From Corallochytrium limacisporum Hawaii (lineage: Eukaryota; Protista; Pluriformea), in NCBI GenBank assembly GCA_002811645.1, contig PDIP01000049.1, positions 86,517-150,516 of the forward strand: a stretch of 64,000 nt of DNA, in the 5' to 3' direction. Within the stretch, counting starts at the first letter, position 1. Each line of letters opens with the position of its first letter. Below, in pieces: positions 1-10,803 of the stretch. The position numbers and the translations under genes were made by a program. The notes under the pieces are model-generated. The model was not told the origin of the DNA, made no database searches, and was given only the letters and a program-made list of their open reading frames with translations.

Positions 1-196
1 AACCCCCCGCGCGGGTCCCCGCAACGAAATGCCATCCGGCTGTATACGCCACCCACCACCCCCAAGCCCCACTTTTCCCGGGGCGGGGGAAATTTCAATG
101 AGAAAAAAAACAGTAAAGGTAGGGCCTTATTGCTTTAATTGCTCCCCCCTTCTTCCGTTCGCCCTGCGCGGGCCTTCCCCATCCTGGCCCGAAGGA

Positions 197-210
197 CCCC
201 CGGGGGGGGG
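197..210. promoter_or_regulatory. C5-G9 island within a GC-rich block (1-300); probable promoter of a gene outside the window
   Basis: CCCCCGGGGGGGGG; same architecture as the islands in divergent promoters elsewhere in the window. Confidence 0.4.
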
Positions 211-2338
211 AGCCGTGCGGGCTGCCCCCCATAGACATCCCCCGTACATTAACTACTGAAACTTCAGCCCGGGGAGCCAGGACTTCCCTGGACTAGACGC
301 CAGTTACGGCAAACCGGGACGGCAGCAAAAATTTTCTTCACTTTGCCAGATAGTGTCTGAAGTATACCAGGACAGGCAGTTTCCAGCTGGCTTTGACCGT
401 GCGGCCGTGTGTGTGAACCGTTCCCATAAGACATCATCTCAAGAACGCATCCCTCCCAGCGATCGATGGATGCGTGTGTTTTCAGTATATTCTCCTTGTA
501 TATTCACTGGTCACATTCTTTGCCACCAACACCAACCTGCTGCGTACGAGTAGGCACGCCCACCCCGACGGCGCGGGTTCTTGACGTTGGCGGCGCAGAA
601 GGGTCACAAGCGGTGGCTGCTTGTACTAGGAATGCGCAACTTTACCTTACCGCCCAGTTTCCGTTGAGTTTGCGCAGGACCGCAAGTCCCACCACCGTGA
701 TATCCATTGCTACCACTTGGTTCCTGGGGCTCAAGGCGCCAGGAAATTCAAACCTTGGCAGCACTATTGTCCTATACTTTTCAAGGCGTGGCTATCTGGA
801 ACAGCAAGGGCGAGTAGGAGCAATCCATTGGTGAAGCGCTGTCGTTCGCCATCGCTGCGGCCTGTTCACTTGAATTCTCAGCCAACCGAGATCGTACCAG
901 ACGACATCGCAGAAAGACGGAACACCCAAAGAAGTTCATGGTCCACATTCGAACCCACGGCCCGTCCAATAGCCTTACACGCCGCACACGCAAAGGGGCC
1001 CAGACCTTAACACACTGATACCTTACGTATACACCCACCATACCGTCTTCTATCGACCTTCGGTAGCTAAATCAGCGCGCTGTAAACGGGGGAGTTCTAC
1101 CTGACGTGTCGCCTATGTAGATTCCAATTTTGGAAGGTTTCAGAACTACCCAAACAAAGGAAACCAGGACCGCACAGGCAATCGAAAGCTGAGAAAAATC
1201 TTTCCTCAGTGCCAGTATCGACGAACTGACAGGTTCTCCAAAGATCGGGGCTGTGGGTGTGCGTTGATGATGTAGTACTGAACGTACTCACGGGGATGAA
1301 CGGAGGTTGGAGAACCCACACAGTTAACTCAGCCGGTTCAAGTCATTATTGTGTTTCTGCTGAAAGCACCACGTTAACTGCATGCTACAGCTACGGCAGC
1401 CAATGTACGGCCGTGTACGCGCCACTATAATACATCGGAGGCCGAGGGCTGGGTGTGTGTTAATAGCTACCCCTCATTATTCCAAACGACAAAATCCGAT
1501 GACATTGGTTCGTTTCGCACCCGTGAGATGAATTCAGCACACTGCAATGGAAAAATCGCCGCTGCCCATTCTCAAAATGCCCCTCCACAAGAACAGTTTC
1601 TCAGCAGAGGCCCCGTGCCCGAAGCTCAAGCATCATAAAGGTATCCTCAGTTCGATCGGCATCAGCGCTGTCATCACCCTCGAATTGACCTAGAAACATG
1701 CAATAACCACCCCGTTCACTGGCAAAAGGTTTCGGGCATGCTCAACATTCATAGTTCCCATATGATGTTCGTTATACGTCTCACATGTGCGAAACAGCTG
1801 CTCAGAATCGTATTCACCTTTGCTGGGATTGGTGGCGAAGATGGGAAATACAAATTACACTGCGCTTGTACGGGGCGGGTTTGTGGGTTCGTACACGGAC
1901 CTGCTACCGGACGAACTTATAATTCGGCTTTTAGCCCTGTATCGTGTGCAGTTTCGATAAAGTTGTCACATTTAGCACCCCACAGGCCACTTTTCCTCTC
2001 TCTAGCAACTGTGTGGCCCAATATTCTCATGGGCATCAGTGTGGCACGGGCATTGGACATGAGCTACATGGTGGCTGTGTCCCTAATCTTATCTTAGCGA
2101 GCAAGAGCAAAGGCACGCACAGACATGACGAATGTCGGGCTGCCCGAAGTGAGGCGAGCAGTAGCTAATGAACCAAAAGTGAAGAATTTTGTGCGCCAGC
2201 CAACCACCGTTGCCCTGGGCGTACAGTGCCAAAAGTCCATTCTCGTGCGGGTTTTTTTTTCTTCAAACTTCAATTACATTTCGCCCGAATCCCAGAATTG
2301 AACAATTTTCACCCCGTTGCAGTTTTCTATTTGTGGCT

Positions 2339-2348
2339 CACACACACA

Positions 2349-2380
<32 letters not shown>

Positions 2381-2410
2381 GAGACACACACTCACAGACA
2401 CAGACACAGA
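2339..2410. repeat. (CA)n-(CG)n-(CA)n microsatellite followed by CAGA-type units
   Basis: Directly visible alternating purine-pyrimidine tract; followed by CT/T-rich low-complexity DNA to about 3430. Confidence 0.95.
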
Positions 2411-3088
2411 GCACCCCCGACTCCTCCACCTCCCCTCTCGCGGGGGTCTTCCCTTAGGGTCTCTGCCCTAACTGCCGCTTTTTTCCTTTCTCGCTTATCT
2501 TTGTTTTTTTTTTTTGTTGCTTTTCTTCTTTATTTGCTATTTTTCCCCTTCTTTTTATTAGGTCTCTTTAGTCTTATATCAGCGCGCCGCAGCAGAGGAG
2601 TGCTGGAGTTGGTACTATGCCTCGCCTGGCTCCGTCTCGTCGCTAAGTACGGTACCTGCACAAGTTCGGTTCTCAATGGTCCGCCGGCCACCTCTCTCCC
2701 TCCCCTTCTCCTCCCGCTGTGTCTTGTCTCTCTCCCTCTCTCTCCCTCTCTCGCTGCCTTGGTCTCGCCTTGGGCAAAAACTTGGGATCGGCACACACAC
2801 GCACACACTCTCTCGCGGCCCGCCCGTCTGTGAGTATGTGTCTGTGTACTCCCGCTCTCCCGCGCGGCCCTCCTTCTCGTGCGCGGCACCCACCCTCTCT
2901 GCTCTCCTTTTTTTCTTCCTCCCATCCTCCTCGTTCCCACTGCCAGTGCCCTGACCATACGGGCCCAACCGCGTTTTACGTTGGGGTAGGCACACTTGCC
3001 ACTCCTACCGACCTACCCGATCGATGTTCTCTTCGGTGTGCCACTGGAACAGCTCCCCCCTCTCGACGGTCTGGTCTCTCTCCCCTTC

Positions 3089-3351
3089 NNNNNNNNNNNN
3101 NNNNNNNNNNNNNNNNNNNNNNNNNNNNNNNNNNNNNNNNNNNNNNNNNNNNNNNNNNNNNNNNNNNNNNNNNNNNNNNNNNNNNNNNNNNNNNNNNNNN
3201 NNNNNNNNNNNNNNNNNNNNNNNNNNNNNNNNNNNNNNNNNNNNNNNNNNNNNNNNNNNNNNNNNNNNNNNNNNNNNNNNNNNNNNNNNNNNNNNNNNNN
3301 NNNNNNNNNNNNNNNNNNNNNNNNNNNNNNNNNNNNNNNNNNNNNNNNNNN
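3089..3351. other. Assembly gap (N run) in CT-rich low-complexity DNA
   Basis: Run of n characters. Confidence 1.
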
Positions 3352-3738
3352 CCCCCCTCCACCCCCGCCCTCTCTTGCCTCCCCTCACCACAACCACACA
3401 CACACACACTCTCTCTCCCCTTCGCACTTCGCTACGTTTTCCTTCACACCGAGTTCTGCTGGGTGCCTGGGGGCTTGGGCATAAGCTCGCGATTTGGGAG
3501 TGGTGCACCGGCGGGAGGAACGGACGGTTCTGCGATGTACATGTCGTACATATCTGTGGCGTTCACGGGCTGCCTTATCGACTCTGATAGTGGTACTTAT
3601 GCTGGACATGGAAGTGTTCAGTTGCTGATCAAACAGGGGACGTGTTTATGTATGGGCGTTTAGGCAGTGAGAATACTTCGCCTGCCACGCACCTCCGACC
3701 ATCCACTCTTACAGAAAGCAGAAACAGAACCTACAAAC

Positions 3739-5622
3739 ATGACAATATACCACGGAGAGTCGTCAGACTTCCGTAGAGACTTCAACGCACTTTACGAATA
3801 TGGAGTAGCTATGCATGACTGTGGTGCGGGAAACCTCGATCATGTGATCAATAGGTGTGTCATGGCAGTCTCTCCTCCGGACTTCTCTTACGCGGGCTAC
3901 CATAACTCTGAAAGGCCCGTCCCGCGCGGAACGCAGGGGCAGACCGGTCGTATGATAAACGTCCTCGAGCACGGTCTCACTAATGACGGTCTGAATGACA
4001 ATTCTGCTGCGCTGCAGAACCTGCTCGACAATGTCGTGCAATCAGGAGATACGATCTATTTCCCGGATGGTTACTATGTGCTTGAGACCGCTGTCGTCTT
4101 CGAGGCATGGAAACGCAATTTGTCCTCCGTCCGTTTTCAGGGTAACGACAAGCGACAAAGTGTCATTGTGTCCCGAGTGAAGGAGGACCGGATCGATGGT
4201 GCAGCAATCGTAGTGGAAGGCTGTGAGAAGTTTGGCGGTGGCGTCCTCGCCACAGTGTGCGGTGACCAGTACAACGCGGGCACCCATGCAGTGAATGTTT
4301 CAATGTGCCCAAAACAGAAGGTACCAAAGCCAGGCGATGTAATTTTCGTGCGCTGGAATCTGCGTCGCAGTGGTTTCGCTAAGGTTTTCGGCCGTCCGGC
4401 GCTGCCCATCAACCCGGAAGGCTACGGTACGCAGGAAAACGAGCTCATAAATGCAATTCTCACGGTGGAGCGCGTCGAAGGAGACACCTGGTACTTTAAG
4501 GAGCCTATTCCTTTCCGCATGCTTGGCAATGATGTCCACAAAGAGCTAGAGCCCGTCGAGTTGCGCCGTCTGTCGAAGCCGGTGGCCCAAGAGATTAGCT
4601 TTGAGCGGATCGGCTTCACCACCGCCTGGCGCGATTACCCTGAACACTTCCATCACCATAAGGACGCCACACACGACTACGGCTGGGGTTGTATCCGCAT
4701 GAACGGTTGTCGGAACGGATGGATTCGCGACTGTGGCTTCTGGGACTGTAATATGGGTGTCTACCTTTCCCGATGCTCCCTGATGACATTGATAGACAAC
4801 GAGATTGGTGGGAAGCTTGGTCATTTCAGCATCACTATGAACACGTGCAGCTTCATTCTGTCCGCTTTCAACACTTGCACTTCTGATTACTGGCACGGCC
4901 TGACTAGCTGCGATGGACGGGTCACTGGATGTGTCTGGATCGGCAACACCGGGGTAAGCGACCAGCGCACTGACTTCCACACCCGCGCTCTCTGTATGTC
5001 CTTGATTGACAACCAGACAGGAGGTACCCTGTTCGGCAGTGGCGGCAGCAAGAAGGGATACCCGCACCACTGGAGTAGCCTGTGGGTGTGGAACATGAAG
5101 CATGTAGCCACTAAGAAGATGTTTTATGACTTTTGGCCAGACACGTTCAAGTGCCGTCCGCAGTCCATGTTTGCGGAGATTCATGTGGTTGGACTGGATT
5201 CCAACCATCCGGTGACTGCAGACAATGCAACGTCTTGGAGTGAAGAGTGGGTACATGAGGTTCCTTCGCTGTTTATGGCCCAGCTGCATCGCCGCTTGCA
5301 TGGTATGAATAGCGGCAGTGCGCAGTACGTCGCTGGCGCCGTGCCTGCCAAAGCAGCCAATGGCCACAACCTCACCGTACCACCTCAAGTGCCCAAGCGG
5401 CCAACCACGAATGGCAACGCCTCTCCGGAGGTGCCAGCGCGGCCTACCGCTAATGGTAAGGCCTCTCCGGAGGTGCCGCAGCGCCCCGAACGGCCCCCTC
5501 AGAGACCTCAACGCAAGGACAAGTCCAAGGTCAACGTCGAGGAAGGACTGCACGAGGCCAGCCGGTTTGCGAAGATGTCTCTCGGCAGGAGCCGTGGCCT
5601 TATCTCCAAGATGGCTAAATAA
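3739..5622 (+). CDS. Parallel beta-helix protein of bacterial DUF4955 / PL29 lyase type with a Pro-rich C-terminal tail (627 aa from first ATG)
   Basis: PDFSYAGYHNSERPVP, NDGLNDNSAALQ..IYFPDGYY (pectate-lyase-3-like start), FHHHK, GKLGH, GGSKKGYPHHWSSLWVWN and PSLFMAQLHRRL resemble Bacteroidetes DUF4955 proteins; ORF track starts at GTG 3667, first ATG at 3739. Confidence 0.7.
   Translation: MTIYHGESSDFRRDFNALYEYGVAMHDCGAGNLDHVINRCVMAVSPPDFSYAGYHNSERPVPRGTQGQTGRMINVLEHGLTNDGLNDNSAALQNLLDNVVQSGDTIYFPDGYYVLETAVVFEAWKRNLSSVRFQGNDKRQSVIVSRVKEDRIDGAAIVVEGCEKFGGGVLATVCGDQYNAGTHAVNVSMCPKQKVPKPGDVIFVRWNLRRSGFAKVFGRPALPINPEGYGTQENELINAILTVERVEGDTWYFKEPIPFRMLGNDVHKELEPVELRRLSKPVAQEISFERIGFTTAWRDYPEHFHHHKDATHDYGWGCIRMNGCRNGWIRDCGFWDCNMGVYLSRCSLMTLIDNEIGGKLGHFSITMNTCSFILSAFNTCTSDYWHGLTSCDGRVTGCVWIGNTGVSDQRTDFHTRALCMSLIDNQTGGTLFGSGGSKKGYPHHWSSLWVWNMKHVATKKMFYDFWPDTFKCRPQSMFAEIHVVGLDSNHPVTADNATSWSEEWVHEVPSLFMAQLHRRLHGMNSGSAQYVAGAVPAKAANGHNLTVPPQVPKRPTTNGNASPEVPARPTANGKASPEVPQRPERPPQRPQRKDKSKVNVEEGLHEASRFAKMSLGRSRGLISKMAK
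5389..5487 (+). repeat. 42-nt coding tandem repeat (VPxRPTxNGxASPE, about 2.4 copies)
   Basis: Two near-identical units ending GCCTCTCCGGAG plus a partial third. Confidence 0.9.
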
Positions 5623-5753
5623 CACCATTCGTAAGCTGTTTCTAACCATGGTTTTGTTAGGTGCTACGCTGTATTAAAATAACTAAACAACAGAACTCTA
5701 CACTAAGACTAATGTACATACCACAGCGCTTTCCATTCCTCTGCCGCAAACCT

Positions 5754-6656
5754 TCACTTCTTTTCTTTATCGAACACTTCGATATGGTCCAGGAAAAAGA
5801 ACCGCGGGACCTTACGACTGGCCGGCTTCGAGGTGACCTCATGACCACTGCTTCCAGGGGGTGGTTTCCGCCAAGTCATCTCCTCGCGGGGAATACCATC
5901 TGGTCCGAACCACAGATCAATTTGCCTTCCTGCCCGGTCCGGATTCCCGTGCGGAGTAAAGGTGTGCAGAGACTGTGGGTCTACGCTGGATGCAACAGTA
6001 TTCGCATAATCTCGGTAAGCATTCAGTGCCCAAGTGACCGTTGGGAAGGCTAGCTTGTCCCAAGGAATCTCGTCCCAAGCAAAGTATTTCGCTTCAATCG
6101 TCTCCACACCCGGATTGATTTTCTCATTACTAACGGATGCACCGTAGAAGAGCTGTACCTGGCCTGCGTGCATCAGCGAGAAGACGCCCAGCAGCGGCCC
6201 GCTTTCGGCTGTGACGCCAGCCTCCTCTAGGGTTTCCCGCAATGCCCCGCCCTCTGCCGTCTCTCCCAGCTCCATGTATCCCGCAGGTAGTGTCCAGAAA
6301 CCTCGGCGAGGCTCAATATTTCGGCGGCAGAGCAAAATCTTGCCCATGATCTCCATTCCGTCAGCGTTATTTTTCCATTTATCCCGTTCAAATGCGCCAT
6401 CGTAGACTGCAACTGTACCTACAATGATTTTGGGATTCTCGTAGTATATGAAGTTACACTCAGGACAGGTCAGACGCGGACCGTCATCTGGCACAGAACG
6501 CCTTAACCGTGGGCCGCGATCCGATCGTACAGTGACTTTCTGTTCTAGTCTCGTGGCATATCGCCGCTGCTGATGGTTTTGTAACGCAGTGAATGCTCTA
6601 CATGACTGCCATGCAACTCCGGCAACGCATCTCCTATGTATAGTTGTGCGTAGCAT
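5754..6656 (-). CDS. Nudix hydrolase with N-terminal zinc ribbon (NUDX23/YjhB-like); probable mitochondrial presequence
   Basis: CPECNFIYYENPK; Nudix box PAGYMELGETAEGGALRETLEEAGV; IPWDKLAFPTV; Arg-rich acid-free N-terminus. Confidence 0.9.
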   Translation of the reverse strand: MLRTTIHRRCVAGVAWQSCRAFTALQNHQQRRYATRLEQKVTVRSDRGPRLRRSVPDDGPRLTCPECNFIYYENPKIIVGTVAVYDGAFERDKWKNNADGMEIMGKILLCRRNIEPRRGFWTLPAGYMELGETAEGGALRETLEEAGVTAESGPLLGVFSLMHAGQVQLFYGASVSNEKINPGVETIEAKYFAWDEIPWDKLAFPTVTWALNAYRDYANTVASSVDPQSLHTFTPHGNPDRAGRQIDLWFGPDGIPREEMTWRKPPPGSSGHEVTSKPASRKVPRFFFLDHIEVFDKEKK

Positions 6657-6886
6657 ATTTCTTTGCCCTTTTTACATCGAGGAGCTCAACAAGTGACAGA
6701 TGTTGCGGTCGATGAGCTTTAAAACCCATGAGATGTTTGAATAGCCGGAGAGACGCACACCAACAGTTGACAGTCGTTTGTACAAAAATGCCCGTCCGGG
6801 GCCGATCATTAGGACCCCCTCCCCCCGTTGAGCCGGCCGTTCGTAGTTGCCACGGAGGGCTGTGGTACAGCCACTACTTTCGAGGG

Positions 6887-6908
6887 CCCCCCCCCCGGTG
6901 GGGGGGGG
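6887..6908. promoter_or_regulatory. C10-GGT-G9 island in the Nudix / IQCC-like divergent promoter
   Basis: Lies between head-to-head ATGs at 6656 and 7314. Confidence 0.6.
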
Positions 6909-7313
6909 AGGAGTTGGTGGTGATACTACGTGCAGTGTCTGCTGGACTGGGGCCAAAGGGGAAATCTTCCTTGGGGGAAGGGGGGTTCGGGCGCGAAACG
7001 TTCGGTCTTGGGACACCTGAGAGCGAAGGTGCGGAAGAGGGTCCGTTGAGATCGACGAAGAACGCGAGTACTTGAGCCAGGTCCTCGGTTTGTTGTCGTT
7101 GATCGTTCACCGGGTTGTTTCCAATTGCGGCAATAGCACTAAACAATGGTGTTGAAGGTATTCTCGGTGATGATGGCATTTTGAATGATAACCAGCGAAG
7201 AATATGTAAGTACATAGGGCTCGGGACTTGGGGGATCATACGCAAGGCAGCAATGACATAGACCGTAAAGAATTTGAAATTGGATCAAGACGCAGGGAAT
7301 AAAGAGAAAGGCC

Positions 7314-7784
7314 ATGGCAAGAAAAAGCGGGAAACGAGCGGCCCGTGAAGGCGAAGCGGGCAGTCCACAAACCAGTAACATTGCGGCTGACCGCGCCATT
7401 GCTTTGCACGCCGACATCTGTAAAGAGGCACTCGAGGCATTCTTGGCTACCGAGTCGGCCAAGATCAGTCTACGGGATGCCTGGCAACAGACAGAAAGCA
7501 CGGGTGTGCGAAGTACAGGGACCTCGCCCCTACGGTTGATAACCCAATCTCCCGCGCGAACTCCACTGCGACCGCAGCAAGTCAAGTCCAGTATTCCGAG
7601 GACATCGTCGCCAGTGAAAACTGCCGGAGTGGCGGGCGGCCCGGTGGTCAATCTACAGGAAATGACAACAGAGGAACTTCTGGTTTTGAAAAGAGATACG
7701 GAGATGGAACTGATGTGGAGCCAACAGGCGCTTGATAGCCGAATCACCTTCCTGCGCTGGCGTGGGCAACAGTCTCAAGTGTGA
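7314..7784 (+). CDS. IQCC-like protein (conserved C-terminal helix, no IQ motif seen)
   Basis: EELLVLKRDTEMELMWSQQALDSRITFLR resembles the IQCC motif LAMELLWLQQAIxSRKxYL; good start context GCCATGG. Confidence 0.6.
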   Translation: MARKSGKRAAREGEAGSPQTSNIAADRAIALHADICKEALEAFLATESAKISLRDAWQQTESTGVRSTGTSPLRLITQSPARTPLRPQQVKSSIPRTSSPVKTAGVAGGPVVNLQEMTTEELLVLKRDTEMELMWSQQALDSRITFLRWRGQQSQV

Positions 7785-7926
7785 GGAGAATGAAATACAG
7801 CAACCAATGGAAAACTGTTGTGATGGAGACCAGGAACATTGCTTAGTCAAATGTAAACAAGTACTATTTTTAAGAAAATTATGATATGTAGAGATGGATT
7901 CAATAAATGAGATGTTGATGCTGCCT

Positions 7927-10278
7927 TTAGAGCTCGTCCTTGTCAAGAGTGTCAGCAAAGGCATTGAGGTCGATGCCTTCTAGTGGGTTGCCAGGTCCAT
8001 CGTCGCTGGCGGTCATGTCATCTGCCTCATCCTCCGGGAAGGCCTCTCCTTCAAGTCCAGCATCCAAGGGGATAGACATGCCCACCCGCAGCAGAGACTC
8101 GATGCGTCCGGCGTACTCGGTCGGCTCCACGCCAGTGTAACCGACGCGGAGCATGGCGGTGTCAAAGAGAACCCTGGCCATGTCCTTGGACTGTTGTTCC
8201 TCCCGCCGGGCCTCATCCTTAGCAAGGTCGTTCAGGCGACGGATGATGGGGTGACGTGGGTTGATCTCCAGGCTCTTCTTCTGGTTCAGGTAGAACTGAG
8301 TCATGGGATCCACCATCTCACCCGCCTGTGCCTTCATCATGCGTTCCATGGTACCGGAGACACCAAACTGCTTGGCTACCACGGCACATGGGCTATCTAC
8401 AAGACGGACGGAGACGTTCACCTTGTCAATGTGCTCCTTCAGAACATCCTTCAGCCAGGTGCTCAGGGGCTCCAGATCATCTTCGTACTGTTTCAACAGT
8501 TCTTTGGTGCGGGCACCCTTGCCGCCCTCAATGCCTTCCTTGGCGGCGTTCATGATCTGCTTACCCTCGTACTCGTAGAGCTGATTAAACACATACTCGT
8601 CCGCACCCTCCACAGCGTGAATAACCTCAATATTGCGGGCCCGCAGGGACTCGACCAGAGGAGAGGTCTCGACATCCTCTGTGTCAACACCAGACAGGAA
8701 ATAGATTTGGTTCTGACCGGGCTTCATACGCTCAATATATGTTTCTAGGGAAACATTGCCATTAGGATCCTCACTAGTGGGGAAACGCAGCAATTTTGAG
8801 ATCTTGTCCTTGTTCTTGTTGTCCAGGGTCACACCAAGCTTCAAAGACAAGCCAAACTCCTTCCAGAAGGCGGCATACTTCTCGTCATCCTTGCTTATTT
8901 TCTTGATCAGGGCGAGAGCCTTATTGGTCAGCTGTTTCGCGATCTGACTGAGGCCACGGGAGGCCTGAAGAGTCTCGCGGGAGACATTCAAAGGTAGATC
9001 CTCAGCAGATACGATGACCTGCATGAAGTTGAGGTAGAGCGGCAGCATTTCCTGCAGTTCGTCGCTAATGAAAACGTTGCGGATGTAGAGACGGACGTTG
9101 TGACTTTTCTCGGCATAGAAATTCTCGGATTGGTAGAAGTTGGCCGGTGCCTTTGAGGGGACAAACATAAGCGCGCTGAAGTCCTGGTCACCCTCGGCCT
9201 TGAAGTGGGACCAAGTCAATGGCGGGTTCTCGTCCTTGGCAAAGAGCTTGTAAAACTCGATGTACTCCTCGTCAGTCACATCAGACGGGCTGCGGCTCCA
9301 GATTGGTTTGTTGTCATTCATAAGCAGCCATTCCTTCACAGTCTTGGTCACCGTTTTAGTGCTGGGAGCCTCCCACTCGTCCTCAGCTTCGGCACCTTCG
9401 TCCTCCCGCTCTGCCTTCTCAGCCTCGTGGGCATCGATGGCCTCCTGCACCTCCTCGTCTGTGAGATTGACCTCCTCCTTGACCTCCTTTTCAATTAGGG
9501 TGTGGATCGGGAACTGAATGAATTCAGAGTAGCGGTAGATAACCTCCTTCAGCTTGTACTCCGTGGTATATTCCTTGCTATCCTCCTTGAGGTGCAGGGT
9601 GATCTGAGTACCGCGGCCCAGAGTGTTACCGTGGGGATCCGGGGAGATTGAGTAAGATCCGGCATCACTGCTCCAAACCCACTGCGTGTCATCATCATTG
9701 GACTTGGTGCGGACAGTGACATGATCGGCCACCAGGTATGCAGAGTAGAAACCGACACCGAACTGACCGATGAGATTGCTAGCGTCAGCGGCGGACTCAG
9801 CGTCCTTGAGCTTCTGAATGAAATCGCTGGTACCGGAGCGGGCAATAGTGCCAAGGTTGCGCACCAACTCCTCCTTTGTCATTCCCACACCAGAGTCAAT
9901 AATGTGCAACAAGTTATTCTCCTCATCGGGCACGATACGGATCTCCATCTCTTCCTTAGTGGCCAGCTGGTCCTTGTCAGTAAGGGACATGAAACGAATC
10001 TTATCCAGGGCATCACTGGCGTTGGAGATCAGCTCCCGAAGGAAAATCTCCTTGTGCGTGTAGATGCTGTTGATGATCAGCTTCATCAGACGGCTGACCT
10101 CAGCCTCGAATTCGTGGGTCTCGCCAGCGGTCTTAAGGTTTTCAATCTCATCCACTGACAGAGTTTCCACATCGACACCAGCCTCTTCGGCACCAACCCG
10201 GCCGACGAAGCACAGCGTCAGCATGAGGACCAGGCACAAAGCCATAAGGCCCTTTTTCATGCTCGTATGCATGCGCAT
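7927..10278 (-). CDS. HSP90B1: Endoplasmin / GRP94, ER Hsp90
   Basis: Signal peptide; FLRELISNASDALDKIR, NLGTIARSGT, IGQFGVGFYSAYLVA, LPLNVSRETLQ, LEINPRHP; C-terminal KDEL. Start may be ATG 10278, 10272 or 10260. Confidence 0.98.
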   Translation of the reverse strand: MRMHTSMKKGLMALCLVLMLTLCFVGRVGAEEAGVDVETLSVDEIENLKTAGETHEFEAEVSRLMKLIINSIYTHKEIFLRELISNASDALDKIRFMSLTDKDQLATKEEMEIRIVPDEENNLLHIIDSGVGMTKEELVRNLGTIARSGTSDFIQKLKDAESAADASNLIGQFGVGFYSAYLVADHVTVRTKSNDDDTQWVWSSDAGSYSISPDPHGNTLGRGTQITLHLKEDSKEYTTEYKLKEVIYRYSEFIQFPIHTLIEKEVKEEVNLTDEEVQEAIDAHEAEKAEREDEGAEAEDEWEAPSTKTVTKTVKEWLLMNDNKPIWSRSPSDVTDEEYIEFYKLFAKDENPPLTWSHFKAEGDQDFSALMFVPSKAPANFYQSENFYAEKSHNVRLYIRNVFISDELQEMLPLYLNFMQVIVSAEDLPLNVSRETLQASRGLSQIAKQLTNKALALIKKISKDDEKYAAFWKEFGLSLKLGVTLDNKNKDKISKLLRFPTSEDPNGNVSLETYIERMKPGQNQIYFLSGVDTEDVETSPLVESLRARNIEVIHAVEGADEYVFNQLYEYEGKQIMNAAKEGIEGGKGARTKELLKQYEDDLEPLSTWLKDVLKEHIDKVNVSVRLVDSPCAVVAKQFGVSGTMERMMKAQAGEMVDPMTQFYLNQKKSLEINPRHPIIRRLNDLAKDEARREEQQSKDMARVLFDTAMLRVGYTGVEPTEYAGRIESLLRVGMSIPLDAGLEGEAFPEDEADDMTASDDGPGNPLEGIDLNAFADTLDKDEL

Positions 10279-10776
10279 GTTTGGTAAGACGACTTTTGTC
10301 AAACAACCTTTTTACTCTCAAAGAAACTTGCTCCCCGCTGGCAACATTCATCACTTGAATGGGACCCGTTGGTGTAAGTACCAGCGTGATACGATGGTCA
10401 TGCGCGAACGCACAAGCATAGACGCGAGTCTAATCAAAAGTCAACAGAAAGCAACAGTCACATGCACCAAAAGAAACCGCAAACAAACGACACTGACAAT
10501 CGTGGCTGGACCCATAGCCACGCGCGGTCCCCAAGTTAGGTCAAACGTGCCACTGATTAGGAAACACACCGATACAAAGTGCGTTGGTCATTGACGGTCC
10601 CCGAGCGGTTTGTACAGGAACCGAATCTTGCGATCCCCCAAAGGTAAAAAGTAAAGAAAGAAAAAGAAACGAAAAGAGAAAAAAAAAGCCAAACACACTG
10701 CCACTTCGCCGAGTTGAGAGAGAGCTGGAGAAAAGAATGGGTCCGATCGGGTTCTCGCGTTTGCGAACTTCGCCTG

Positions 10777-10803
10777 CCCCCGGGGGGGGGGGGGGGCCGG
10801 GGG
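10777..10803. promoter_or_regulatory. C5-G15 island in the GRP94 / ARL2 divergent promoter
   Basis: CCCCC followed by 15 G, between head-to-head genes. Confidence 0.6.

Noticed and set aside
3076-3423. CTCTCTCCCCTTC on both sides of the gap as a target-site duplication
   Set aside because: Low-complexity CT sequence; a chance match or assembly effect is more likely
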